Shown here one piece after another: positions 51,246 through 62,500 of a stretch of DNA of 64,000 bases (positions within the stretch are counted from its first letter, which is position 1; each line of letters opens with the position of its first letter). The position numbers and the translations under genes were made by a program. The notes under the pieces were generated by a model. The model saw only the letters and a program-made list of their open reading frames with translations. It ran no database searches and was not told the origin of the DNA. The stretch spans positions 7,223,095 through 7,287,094 of the forward strand of contig MU054391.1 in the NCBI GenBank assembly GCA_013239625.1, read 5' to 3'. This DNA is from Lama guanicoe. Taxonomy: Eukaryota.

Positions 51246-51408
51246 TTTCTTTTATTTTTAAATTGACATATAGCCGGTTACAGTGTATCAGTTTCTGGTG
51301 TACAGCATCATGTCCCAACCATGCAAATATATATATATTCATTTTCTTACTCTTTTTCATTAAAGGTTATTACAAGATACTGTATATAGAGAAGAAATTT
51401 GTTTCTTA
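51246..51408 (-). mobile_element. 5'-truncated artiodactyl-type L1 3' end
   Basis: aattgacatatagccggttacagtgtatcagtttctggtgtacagcat; TSD tagaagcagattaattta (51228-51245) / tagaaggagataaattta (51409-51426), two mismatches. Confidence 0.85.
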
Positions 51409-51729
51409 TAGAAGGAGATAAATTTAATGAGAGACAACGAAGCTTTTGAGGGGTTCAAGAAAATAATGATAGTCAATGTTTAGTACTCATATATGCCAGA
51501 CACTGTGTTCAACACTTGACATACATTATTTCTTTTAATCTTGAAGACAAACCTGTGATATTCCTATTATTATCTCCATTTTACAAATGAGGAAGGAGTC
51601 TGAGATTTAGGGAGATGAAGTTACTTGCTAAGATTTGAACCCACACTATCTTACGCCAAGTCTACTGTTTACTATCTTTGAAATATCGATCCTTCAAAAC
51701 TCTTCTACACAAAGGGAAATGATTAGATG

Positions 51730-52052
51730 AGTGGTTTTCAAACTTCTTGACCTTGATCCGCAGTAAGAAGTACATTTGATGTTATGACAATGCCCCAGGC
51801 CATACACACACCCCACACAGATGCATACACACGTACATACATACAGATATGCTCACACACATATTTACACACCCACATATAAAAATATAAAACTGAACAA
51901 AAGTTCATAGAACAATCACTGCTCTTCCTATATGATTTTTATTCAACTTATATTTTATTGTAAAACATACTGCTAATGTAAGAAAATATAAGAAATGCTA
52001 ATTTGTAACCCACAAACATTGGAGGTGGTGAACCTCTCTTTGAAAGCCAGTG
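51730..52052. mobile_element. MER119-like hAT-Charlie element with an internal CA-rich tract
   Basis: agtggttttcaaactt...cagtaagaagtacattt...aactgaacaaaagttc...tttgaaagccagtg with terminal inverted-repeat remnants. Confidence 0.65.
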
Positions 52053-52849
52053 ACTTTTAGCTCCTTTTCAAGTCATTGGATCCTTTTGTTTCTGTATTTC
52101 TTGGAAATTTTGTTGGGTTTATCCTGTTCACTAATCATTCCAAGAAATAACCTTCTCATGTGAGATACAAACATTTAGCTTTACATGGTCATAATATCTT
52201 AGGGTATTGTGTCATAGATATTGTTAAAATGTATTTTGTAAAGTGTTTTTCTGTGTTTTGTAATAGGAGAATATGCTTTTATTTCTCTTATTTACTAGAA
52301 GTTATTGTATTACACTGATCATTTCCATATGTATTTTTAAAGTTGCTTGGCTGGGTTAAAAATTTATTCTTTAAGTTACAAGGACATTGTATTCAAATGA
52401 AAGGAACCATCATAATAGTATTAAGTAGAAGAGCAATAAAGCTTTGGTTTCCATGCAAATGAGCATAATTGAAATAGAATTGCATTTTTGCAAATGGATT
52501 TTGAAACTTTGGTGGAAAAAACTTGGAAGATAAATATTCTCAAAGCTAAAGCAAATGCAATCTGTATATGTAAATGAGATCAATTAATTTTAGCAGGCAA
52601 ATGAGGAAATCAATGATTTTCAAAATCTAGTAATTTGGTAACCATCAGTTTCATTAGTCTTTCTGTTTTAAACTTAATTATTCAAATGTAGAACCAGATT
52701 GAAGTATAATTTATGGAGAACTCATCCTTAAGTTAATTACATGCAAGCCTTTCCTACTACAAATGGAAGAATTGAGGATGAAATTGTAAATGATTAGTGT
52801 GGAGTGTGGAATCCTTCGGTGGTGGCTTGTTCGGGTTCAGCTTGGGAGA

Positions 52850-53090
52850 CAGCGTGGAGGAAGAGCAGGGAGGCTTTGATTCAGACCAGGGTTTGAATCT
52901 CAGCATTGACTCTGCCTAACAGTGGACTCTTAGGCAGCTTTCTTAGCATCTAAAGAACCTCAATTGTTTTCCTCTATTAAATTAGGAAATTATACCCACA
53001 CTGCAGAGCATGGTGAGGGCTAAATGGGGAAGTCTGTGCATAAACCTTCAGTGCAGCACCCGGCACAGGGAAGCTACTCATTACAAATAG
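52850..53090 (+). mobile_element. MIR SINE
   Basis: cagaccagggtttgaatctcagc...gtgagggctaaatg...cggcacagg. Confidence 0.65.
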
Positions 53091-53469
53091 CATCCCCTCC
53101 CCTGCTTCCTTTCTGTCCGCCCCCCCTCCTTTCGTTTTGGATAGAAGAGAGCTTGCATGGAAGAAATACTGTGTTTCCGGAGTCGCTTTTAAAGAAGAGC
53201 ATGTGTTCTGGTTGGTCTCGTCCCTTTAGCTGGTAGTAATTTAACCTGATAGTGTGCTGTGCGTCCCTTGCAGAATCACTGCCATCCAGAATCTGAGATG
53301 GGTTTTAGAAGCACAGTCATTGGAATTACTAAAAAGGCCAGAGCAGCAGTTAAAATAGGGAAGAGTTCCTGCAGCTGGTTTCCTGTTTTTATTTCCTCAT
53401 TGCAGCGGATCGATGCTTCTGATCCCTTGCAGTTCCCGCTCTCGCTAAGTGTTTTCATTATGACAGTTG

Positions 53470-53660
53470 TAAACCTCACACCTGTATGGTATCTACTCAG
53501 TGACTTTGTGAGATAACTAGGACAAGTATTATTGTTTCCATTACAAAGATGAGAGAAATTAAGGCTCAGAGAGGTTGAGTGGACTGCTCAGGGTCACAGA
53601 GCTAGAAAGAGATGGCGGTTCAAACCCAAGCCTGCAGGTGGCAAGGTTTGAGCTTTATTT
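53470..53660 (-). mobile_element. MIR SINE
   Basis: tattattgtttccattacaaagatgagagaaattaaggctcagagaggttgagtggactgctcagggtcacagagctag. Confidence 0.8.
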
Positions 53661-54699
53661 TTCTGAATCGAGGCTTTTTATATCATGTGGATGCAGCCTA
53701 TGGTCCACAGGTGAGCCTTGATTAAAAGCGTACATTTCACTGCAGACCCTGTTTGACTGTGGGAGATAGGCAAAGGTGAATTGGTCTGAGACTGGTTGAA
53801 ATTTCTTTCTTAGAGTCTATAAGGCTGGCCAGCAAATGGAAGCTCATAAAGATGCATAGAATCATCTGACCAGAAGAGGGAAAGGTCATCGGGAGTGAAA
53901 GGAGTCAGGAAAATCATGCACCTTTCCCTAATTCCTACAGGACGTCTTTCCGGGTGTGCCCACCCTGACCTTAGCCTCTGTGTGTCCCTGACAGAGACCC
54001 CTGTAGGCTCCCTTCCCTTCCTTCCCCACCCCCTGCAACCTCTCCTTGTCTCGTGTTGCTCCATCTCCATCCTCCTTCCATCCTTCATCATCCAGGTTGA
54101 ACCTCTCTTATGGCCGTCTCTGACTTCTCCATCACTTTGCCAGATAACCGTCCCTATCTCTGAACACACTCTTCCCACCCCCACTGCCATGTGCACATCA
54201 GCACCCTCTGTTTCTCCCTCCTGATTTTAGCATCCTGGTTCAGGCTGTTGATAATTCTTCTGTGAGCCCTTACTCTGGTGTCTTTGGACTTTTGCTTCCT
54301 GTCTCTCTGCCTGCTGGAAGCCATATTTGGGTAGATTAGACATCCTGAGAAAAGGCTCTGATCCTGGCACTCCTGAAAAACTCTCAGTCTCCTCCTTTTT
54401 TTCTTGGTTAAAGGATATGGCAATGGTGCTAAGCTCTTTTCCTAAACCATTTTCCATGGCTCATCTTCACAAACCCTCTATTCTGCCTTCTGAGGATGCA
54501 CTCATGTAGGTATCAGCCTCTTCTGGAAACTCTGAGGACACGCACTCCATCCTGTCCATCTCTACGTCACTAGCACACAACACAATACCTGGTACAGAGC
54601 TGGTGTTCACAAAGCACTTGTTAAATGGATCAACAGATCTAGCCTCACCTACCTATGCCTCAGAATTTTCATGAAGTTTAAAACTCTTCACTTTTTTTG

Positions 54700-55490
54700 A
54701 GAAGCATTATATTTTTTTGTGAAATACTGAATTTATACTAAAGACTATAAGAAAGTGTATGTGAAGGTTAGTTAATGATAACATGTGAAGGTTAGTTAAT
54801 GATAACAATTTGGTGACCATGTACCAACTGCCTAGATTAAGGCAAAAGACGTGATCAGTACCTTAGAAATTCTCTGTCTGCTCTTTCCAGCACTCCTGTT
54901 TCTTTTGTTCACTTTCAACTCTGCCATCTCTAAAGGAAATCACAATCCTAAATCTTACGTTAATCTTTCTATGCTTTTCTTTATAGTAGCTCACCTTTGT
55001 AAATAACCCTAGATAAGAAACAGGTGTTCTACTTTGTCTGCCTTTGAACTTTAAAAATGATTTGAATAATTTTCTTGCTATTACTCTGTGGTCCACTTTT
55101 TTTCATGCAATGTTATTATTTAGATTTATAACATGAATATAGATTAATTCATGTTGGTGAATGTAGCTATAGTCCATTCATTTCCCTGCTCTGTAATATC
55201 CCATTGCATTCTGTTTATTTGTCCATGCTAAATGTTCCAGTATTGATCAGTCCTATTCTAGTATAGTATTTGAGTTATTTTCAGTTTCATGACATAACGA
55301 ATAATGCTTCTATAAGTATACCTACAGAAACAAATGGGCAAGAGGTTCTTTGGAGTATGTAACTAGGAGTGGAATTACCGAGTTGTAGTTTACATCCATG
55401 TTTAACTGCTTTAGGTAATACCAAACTCTCTTCTAAAGTGGGAGCACCAATTTCTGCTTCTGTCAGTGGTGAACAAAGTTCCCATTTCCC
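54700..55490 (-). mobile_element. Ancient L1 (L1ME-like) 3' region
   Basis: ctaggagtggaattaccgagttgtag...ataccaaactctcttctaaagtgg; tagtccattcattt. Confidence 0.7.
54759..54806. repeat. Perfect 24-bp tandem duplication
   Basis: atgtgaaggttagttaatgataac twice (54759-54782, 54783-54806). Confidence 0.97.
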
Positions 55491-56468
55491 ACTATGCCTA
55501 TACTAGAAAAGAAATGTTTAAAATTAATGATATATATATATATATACACACAAAAAATAAAAAATAAATTGATGATATAAATTTATATCTTAAGAAGCTA
55601 CTTAATAGTACAAATTAAAATAAAAGTAACTTAGAAAAAAGAAATAATATCAGAGAAGAAATCAATGACATAGACATCAGGAAAACCTAGAGAAAGTTAA
55701 CTAAGCCAAAATTCAGCTATTTGAAAAGATGTACAAAATTAATAAACCCTTAGTAAGACTAGCCAAGAAACAAAAAGAGAAAACACATATCATCAATATC
55801 AGAAATGAAGGAGAAGAAATCACTGAGGATTCTAAGGATATTAAAAAGAATTTTATACCAATACATTTACTAACTCAGACAAAATGTACCTTCTTTGGAA
55901 AAGACAGCTTACCAAATGAATTTAAGAAATAAAATACCCGAATAGTCATATCTATCTTCCTATCCATCTCTCTGTCTCATAGTTAAAAATCTTCCCACAA
56001 ATACCAAAACCCAAAGACATTACAAGAAAACTACACACCAATATCTCTCATCCATATAAATGCAAAAATCTTCAATAAAATATTAGCAAACTGACACCAA
56101 CAGTGTATTAAAAGAATTCTACACCACAACCAAGACCCACATAAATATTGTCAGTCAACTGATCTTTGGCAAAGGAGCAAAGGCAATATAATACAGCAAA
56201 GATGGTCTTTTCAATAAATGATGTGGGAACAACTGGACGTCCATGTGCAAAAAAAGTGAATATAGACACAGACCTTACACCTTTCAAAAAAATTCACACA
56301 AAATGGATCACACACTTAAATGTAAAGTACAAAGTAACAGAACTCCTAGAAGACAACATAGAAATTTTATATAAGCTGGGTTTTGGCAGTGACTTTTTAT
56401 CCATAACACAGAAGCATGATCCATGAGAAAATGAATTAATCAGGTCTTCAATAAAATTAAAAATTTCA

Positions 56469-56602
56469 GGGGGATGGTATAGCTCAAGAGGTAGAGCACA
56501 TGCCTAGCATGCACAAGGTCCTAGGTTCAATCCCCAGTACCTCCTCTAAAAATAAGTAAGTAAACCTAATTACCTCCTCCCCCAACACACACAAAAAAAG
56601 AA
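56469..56602 (+). mobile_element. Camelid Vic-1-type SINE nested in L1
   Basis: ggtatagctcaagaggtagagcacatgcctagcatgcacaaggtcctaggttcaatccccagtacctcc, then aaacctaattacc and an A tail; short TSD aaaaattt. Confidence 0.9.
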
Positions 56603-56637
56603 AAAAATTTGTTCTCTGTGAAGGGTACGGTCAACAG

Positions 56638-56780
56638 NNNNNNNNNNNNNNNNNNNNNNNNNNNNNNNNNNNNNNNNNNNNNNNNNNNNNNNNNNNNNNN
56701 NNNNNNNNNNNNNNNNNNNNNNNNNNNNNNNNNNNNNNNNNNNNNNNNNNNNNNNNNNNNNNNNNNNNNNNNNNNNNNNN
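56638..56780. other. Assembly gap (143 N)
   Basis: Run of N. Confidence 1.
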
Positions 56781-57414
56781 TTAGTAACATCTCACCCAAG
56801 ATGATGGACAGGTGACAAATGGACAGGTGACAAATAAGCCTACAAAAATGCATTCCCCGTCATATGTCATTAGGGAGATGCACATTAAAACAACCCTGAG
56901 CTACTACACACACCTATTAGAATGACCAAAATCCAGACCAAGGACAACACCACATGTGGGTGAGGATGTAGAACAACAGAAATTTTCATTTGTTGCTGGT
57001 GGGAATGCAAAATGGTACAGCCACTTTGGAAGACAAGTTGGCAGTTTCTTATATAACTAAACATACTCTTACCATATAATCCAGCAACTGTGTTCTTTGC
57101 TGTATATCAAAAGGAGTTGAAAACTTACATCAACAGAAAAGCTAGCACACGGATGTTCGTAGTAGTGTTATTCGTAATGGCCAAAACTTGGAAGCAGCCA
57201 AAATGTCCTTCTTTGATGAATGGGTAAATAAACTATGGTACACCCAGACAGTATTACTTAGAGCTAAAAAGAAATGAGCTGTACAGCCATGATAAGACAT
57301 GAAAGAACCTTAAATGTATATTACATAAAAAGCCAATCTGAAAAGTCTACATACTGTATGATTAACTGCATGACATTCTAGAAGAGGCAAAGCCATGGAG
57401 ACACCAAAAAGATC

Positions 57415-57598
57415 NNNNNNNNNNNNNNNNNNNNNNNNNNNNNNNNNNNNNNNNNNNNNNNNNNNNNNNNNNNNNNNNNNNNNNNNNNNNNNNNNNNNNN
57501 NNNNNNNNNNNNNNNNNNNNNNNNNNNNNNNNNNNNNNNNNNNNNNNNNNNNNNNNNNNNNNNNNNNNNNNNNNNNNNNNNNNNNNNNNNNNNNNNNN
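57415..57598. other. Assembly gap (184 N)
   Basis: Run of N. Confidence 1.
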
Positions 57599-58705
57599 CT
57601 TACCTGTGAAATATCTGTCAGACCTCTTCAAACTATGCATTTAAAATATGTGGAATTTATTGTCTGTCAATTATACTTTAATAAGAAGATTAAAAATGGA
57701 AATAATTTATCAAGGGACACCATAAGGCACGTGTTAATACAAACTATAAACCTATATTTTCAACACATGTAACCAATAATGGTTTACTATCTATAAAGAC
57801 CTACAGCAGATCAAGGTCAAAAAGAGAAAGATAAAGCAAACAGAAAAAAATAGGGCAAAAGATAGAACAAATCTTTCAGAGAAAAGAAAGTATGAAATGG
57901 CCCATAAACATAGGCAAAAATGCTCTTTCTCATTAGAAATCAGGGAGATGCAGATTCAGATGACAAGCAGATAGCATTTCATCCCTGCTAGACTGGCAGA
58001 ATTTATGTATTGAGGAAGAGTAGAGAAAATAGAACTTTATAACATGCTGGGGAAGGTCTGAAATACATATGAACATGTTGGAAAAATGGACATTATCTTT
58101 TCACGTGATGCTGTGTAATGCATCTGACTCAGCCATTCCTCACAGGTACATAAACCAGATGCATTTCTGGTTGTGTGCCGCAGGGGAGCTGCAGAACTAT
58201 GTCCTCAGTGGCATAGTTTGTAATAGAAAAAACTGGAAATACCCCAGATATTCATCAAGGGGAGAATGCATGAATAAATTGTGGTTATTCCTCTGTTGGA
58301 ATACTATACTTTGGTAAAATGAATTAACCATTGCTTCATGCCTCAACAACAGTGAATCTTAAAAGAACATTAAATTAAATGATAAAAGCCAGTTTCTAAA
58401 GAACATAAAGTGCGTAATACTATTTGTACAGAGTCCTTGAGAGTACAAAAGTTCACAGTTTAGAGATAGTTATTGTTTATTTAGTTATACTTCATGTGAG
58501 AGCAAGGCACTAGTAAACTCAAAAAATCAATATTATGTTTCCCTTTGGGCTGAGGGAAGGGGAGAGGGGAACCTGAAAGTAGTTGGAAGAACCTATGTCT
58601 TCACTTGGGTCATGGGAATAATGGTGTTTGTTTGATAACTCTGCATACTTTATGCATTTCCTGTATTTTTGTATATATGATATTTTCATGATAAACCTTT
58701 TAAAA
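57599..58705 (+). mobile_element. L1M 3' end followed by an L1ME-like fragment
   Basis: tgtctgtcaattatactttaataag terminus, then aaactggaaataccccagatattcatca...atgaataaattgtggttatt. Confidence 0.7.
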
Positions 58706-59324
58706 GGATTTTTTGAAAGTCTGAAAAAATATGTAGCATTTGACCTAGCATCCTATGTGTGGCAGTGCAAACACATCACAAATCAAATTAAGAACCGGCC
58801 TGTGTTGAAAGGACAGAACTGGGGTGGAGCCTTCACCCACAGGTGGGAGCCCATCACCTGCAGGGCTTGTGATGCCAGGGAGCCGCCTGCAGAGTTTGGG
58901 CAGCAAGTGGTGGGCCTGGGCATCTGTAGCGCCAGCCCCTGGGTGGGACCAGCTTGGGACCAGACTCTGCCAGGGATGTTTGGGGAACTGGGCATTTAGC
59001 ATCTGTTGGGCCTTAGGTAGAGCAACAGCACAGGTGAGCAATCCAGACTGACACCAGGGCTTGCCTTCCTTTTCCTGGTTCTGACACAACCCATGGCAGG
59101 GAGAGGGACCCCATGAAATGACCACAGATGGCTTTCTGGCTGGCCTGGCAAATGAGAGGCTTACGAAAAAACGATGCAGTATTTCTTACACCTTTAGAGC
59201 AATGGCTTACTCATTCCTACCCAAGACCAGAGAAATGAATCATCAGCAGTAGAATGATTTTGTAACAGGACATTCATGACAGCATGATTTATGATGTCAA
59301 AAGTGAGGATATTTAAATCTGTAA

Positions 59325-59590
59325 ATCTAAGTGTATAAAATACACCTATGTGATATATGTATACACTTACATGCTACATTTTGTATATCATAGATACCTA
59401 TATATTATATAAACACTATCGTGCGTAGTATATAAATACAAAATATACACTATACAAATATAAATACATGCTTACATAATACAAATTGATGCAATAGAAA
59501 TAATTATATAAATACATAACTGTTACACTAAAATAGATATGGATATGTTAATAAATATTTAAATATTAACCTATTTTTAATATCACAAAT
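59325..59590. repeat. AT-rich (TA/CA) low-complexity tract
   Basis: Direct reading; probably decayed L1 3' UTR. Confidence 0.7.
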
Positions 59591-62500
59591 ATGATTGTTA
59601 GGAAGGTCCTCTTATACTTAGTAACATGTTTACTGATGTTATTCGTGGTGGTAAGATGATGCATTATTTTTTTACCTTGTATGTTCTGACTTTTCCACAG
59701 GGTTTACAAAAATGTGTATTCCTTACGAGAAATTAAATTCAACATCTGGTGATTGATTTCCAAAAAGTCCATAACGAGGTAGACCCAGTGCACCTGCCTC
59801 TTTTTTGCCTCCTAGGACTTCTGGTCTAACCCAGCAGCTCTCAGGACTGTTGCTGGTGGGGATGGGCTGTGGCCCTGGGGTGTGGTTTCCACTGAGGGAG
59901 GCTTCCCCTAAGACTGTGTAGTTTCTGGTTCCAGGTTGGTTTCTTGGTGTGCAGGGCCCTTTTCCCAAGCTTTAGTGACTAACCTTTTTAATGGCTTCAC
60001 CATAATTCTTCTAATTTTGATAGAAACAGCAGAAATCAAAAGCTATGGGTAAAAAAGACTTAGACCAAATTTCAAAATATCTCCAACCTCAAGGTTGAGT
60101 GATGGGTGCTCATACATTGTGGACAGCAACGATGGCAACAGATTGAAAGCACCGTGTGCCCAGGAGGCTGCCAATCCGTGGGAGGGTGGGAGCTTTGATG
60201 GAGGGCTGTCGGGCTTTCTCCTTTTGATCTGGTGACTGGGGTCCCTTTGAAGTGTTGAAGATGAAGAGGCTGTTTCTTGGAGACGTCTTCTTCTTACATT
60301 TCATGAGGTTACATCTTTGTTGCCCAAAGAGTGAGTCTTACTCCATGAAAGATACATAGCACGACTGTGGACTGAGGGCCACAGAAGGAAATAAAGGAGC
60401 AGGGAGAGGCAGAAGAGTGTCCCACGGGAGGGACGCAGGCAGCAGGTGCTAGCAGAGTGTCGAAAAAAACTATCGAAAGCAAGAAGGCTAGAGAAAAGGT
60501 CTGGTGGAAAAACAAGGATGACCCTGACCCTGGGGTTCTCAATAAAGAAAAAAAAAATTCCTCACGCTATATGAATGCTCACTGTATACCAGGCATTTGC
60601 TAGGGTGCTCCCTAGAAGGACTCCATTTACTCCTTACCCACTAACTTATTTGAGTTAGAGGCTGGAATTACCCTTAACAGACAGGAGAAATGACTTTCTC
60701 CAAGTAATGCAGCTTCTCAGAGGCAGACCTCACGTGAAATTTGAACTCAGGCCATCTAATTCTCCAGCCAAGACACTTAATGCCAGCTATCATGGCTTCC
60801 CCTCTGCTTGGCACCAACATCTAGCATCATTCTTGTTCCAGTAGCCTTTTGCTAAATCTGAACAGTTTTAGTCTATTTTTAATACCCGAATAGAAACAGA
60901 TGCAAATACAATTTATTTAGGGCTTCTAGTTTCTGATGGCATACACTATTTCTTTTTTAATCAGTGTCTTAATCACTGGAAAGAAAAGCATTCACACAAA
61001 CATTAAAAGGGGAAATGAGCTCAACACCACCATCAGCACCAGTGCACTTTTTTGGTTGTCCTTCATGTTGGCCCACATGCACAGTGGAAATCACACTGTT
61101 GATGGAATTTTCTAATGAACTTGAGTAATGATCCAGTCAAAAGCCAGAAGGTGAAAAAAAGACACGAAAACTGTCTTGTAAGTTGAGCAAATCAATAGCA
61201 AAGTTCATACTGACAGAGAAGCTGAAGTTGAGAGGGGCCAAACATGACATGGAATTCCACATCACAAGCTAAAAATCAGGCCAATACGTACACAACATAA
61301 TTTTCTAACATGTAATTAAAATCCAGTTGACTTCTAGGTAATTTTTGTCTCAATAAAATTGGAAGTGAAACTCTTAACCACAAGGCTCAATTCTTTGGTG
61401 GGAGAGGAGGCAAACCCAGGTCTTACTCCATTGATCGCTAGCTGTGGGCCCCTGGTTGGGGTTTAATGCCTCTGAGCCTCAATTTCCTCATCTGTAAAAT
61501 CGGGATGATCATCTTTAGCTCACAGGAATGTTGTGATTGTTAAGGAGAAAGCATTCACATCATTGGCTGTGCCCTGTAGCGGCTGCTTTGTCATGAGCTG
61601 TCGGGGAGAAGCACTAGCAGGGCTGGATAAGAAAGCCAGTCTCCCCGACTGGGAGGGGCCTCCCTGAGCACTTGATTTATTTGATCATGTTGGTCAACTT
61701 CTTTCCAAGGCCTGAGGGGCCTAGTCTTCTTAAGATAGTTGTCTTTTAACTTATAAAGAAATCTAGGGTTGGAATTCTGAGCAAAGATGCCTGTCAAATT
61801 ATCTTTCAAAGAGTGAGGCCAGCCACTGGGATGAGGATACTGAGAACAGTCTAAAAAGCACCAGCTGGTGAGGTAGCCCTGGTTTCAAATTCTTATGCTA
61901 TTGGGTTAGTTACTTAACCTATCTGAGCATCAGTTTCACTAGCCTTAAACTCAGCCACAATTGATTAAGCAGTCAGCATGCATCATCCCTGGAGATACAG
62001 CAGTGAGTAGGACAGGCAAAGCCCCCCGCTTCATCCGGGAGATGGACCAGTAAAGCGTGTGATGCTACGATGATTAGGGGAGTGGAAGAGTCATGAGGGC
62101 AGGGGCATGGATCCTGGTCTGGGCCTCCTGAATGAAGCAATGTTTAAAGTGAGACTGGAGGGACAGGTAGGAGATGGCTATATGACCCTATCTGCAGAGG
62201 GGCCCTTCTGAGGATTAAATGACAGCATACGTTTAAATACGTAGTGTGGGCTGGTAACTGGGAAGGGATCATGTGCATTAATAGGAATAGAAGAACAGCT
62301 TGACAAGCTGCAGAACGAGAACAACCCCTTAGACATCATCTGGTCCTTTCTAGCTTTTGAATCTGGTGACTGGGACAGAGCTGGTTGCCTCAGGAGCTGA
62401 ACTTGTTAAAAATACACATGCCTGGGTTTCATCCCCCGAGGAAACCCAATTCAGTAGGGGAACTACATCTACACATTTAAAGAGTTTTCCAGGTGATTCT

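Larger units (their letters stand above)
55493..57414 (+). mobile_element. Old L1 (L1MC-like): decayed ORF2 with internal deletions plus 3' UTR
   Basis: KINKPLVRL..IINIRNE and LTPFKKIHTKWITHLNVK match ORF2p; 3' UTR aagccaatctgaaaagtctacatactgtatg...ccatggagac. Confidence 0.85.

Noticed and set aside
56469-56545. Apparent tRNA-Ala gene
   Set aside because: It carries the SINE 3' extension, an A tail and a TSD, and has two diverged sister copies in the window, so it is a SINE rather than a tRNA gene
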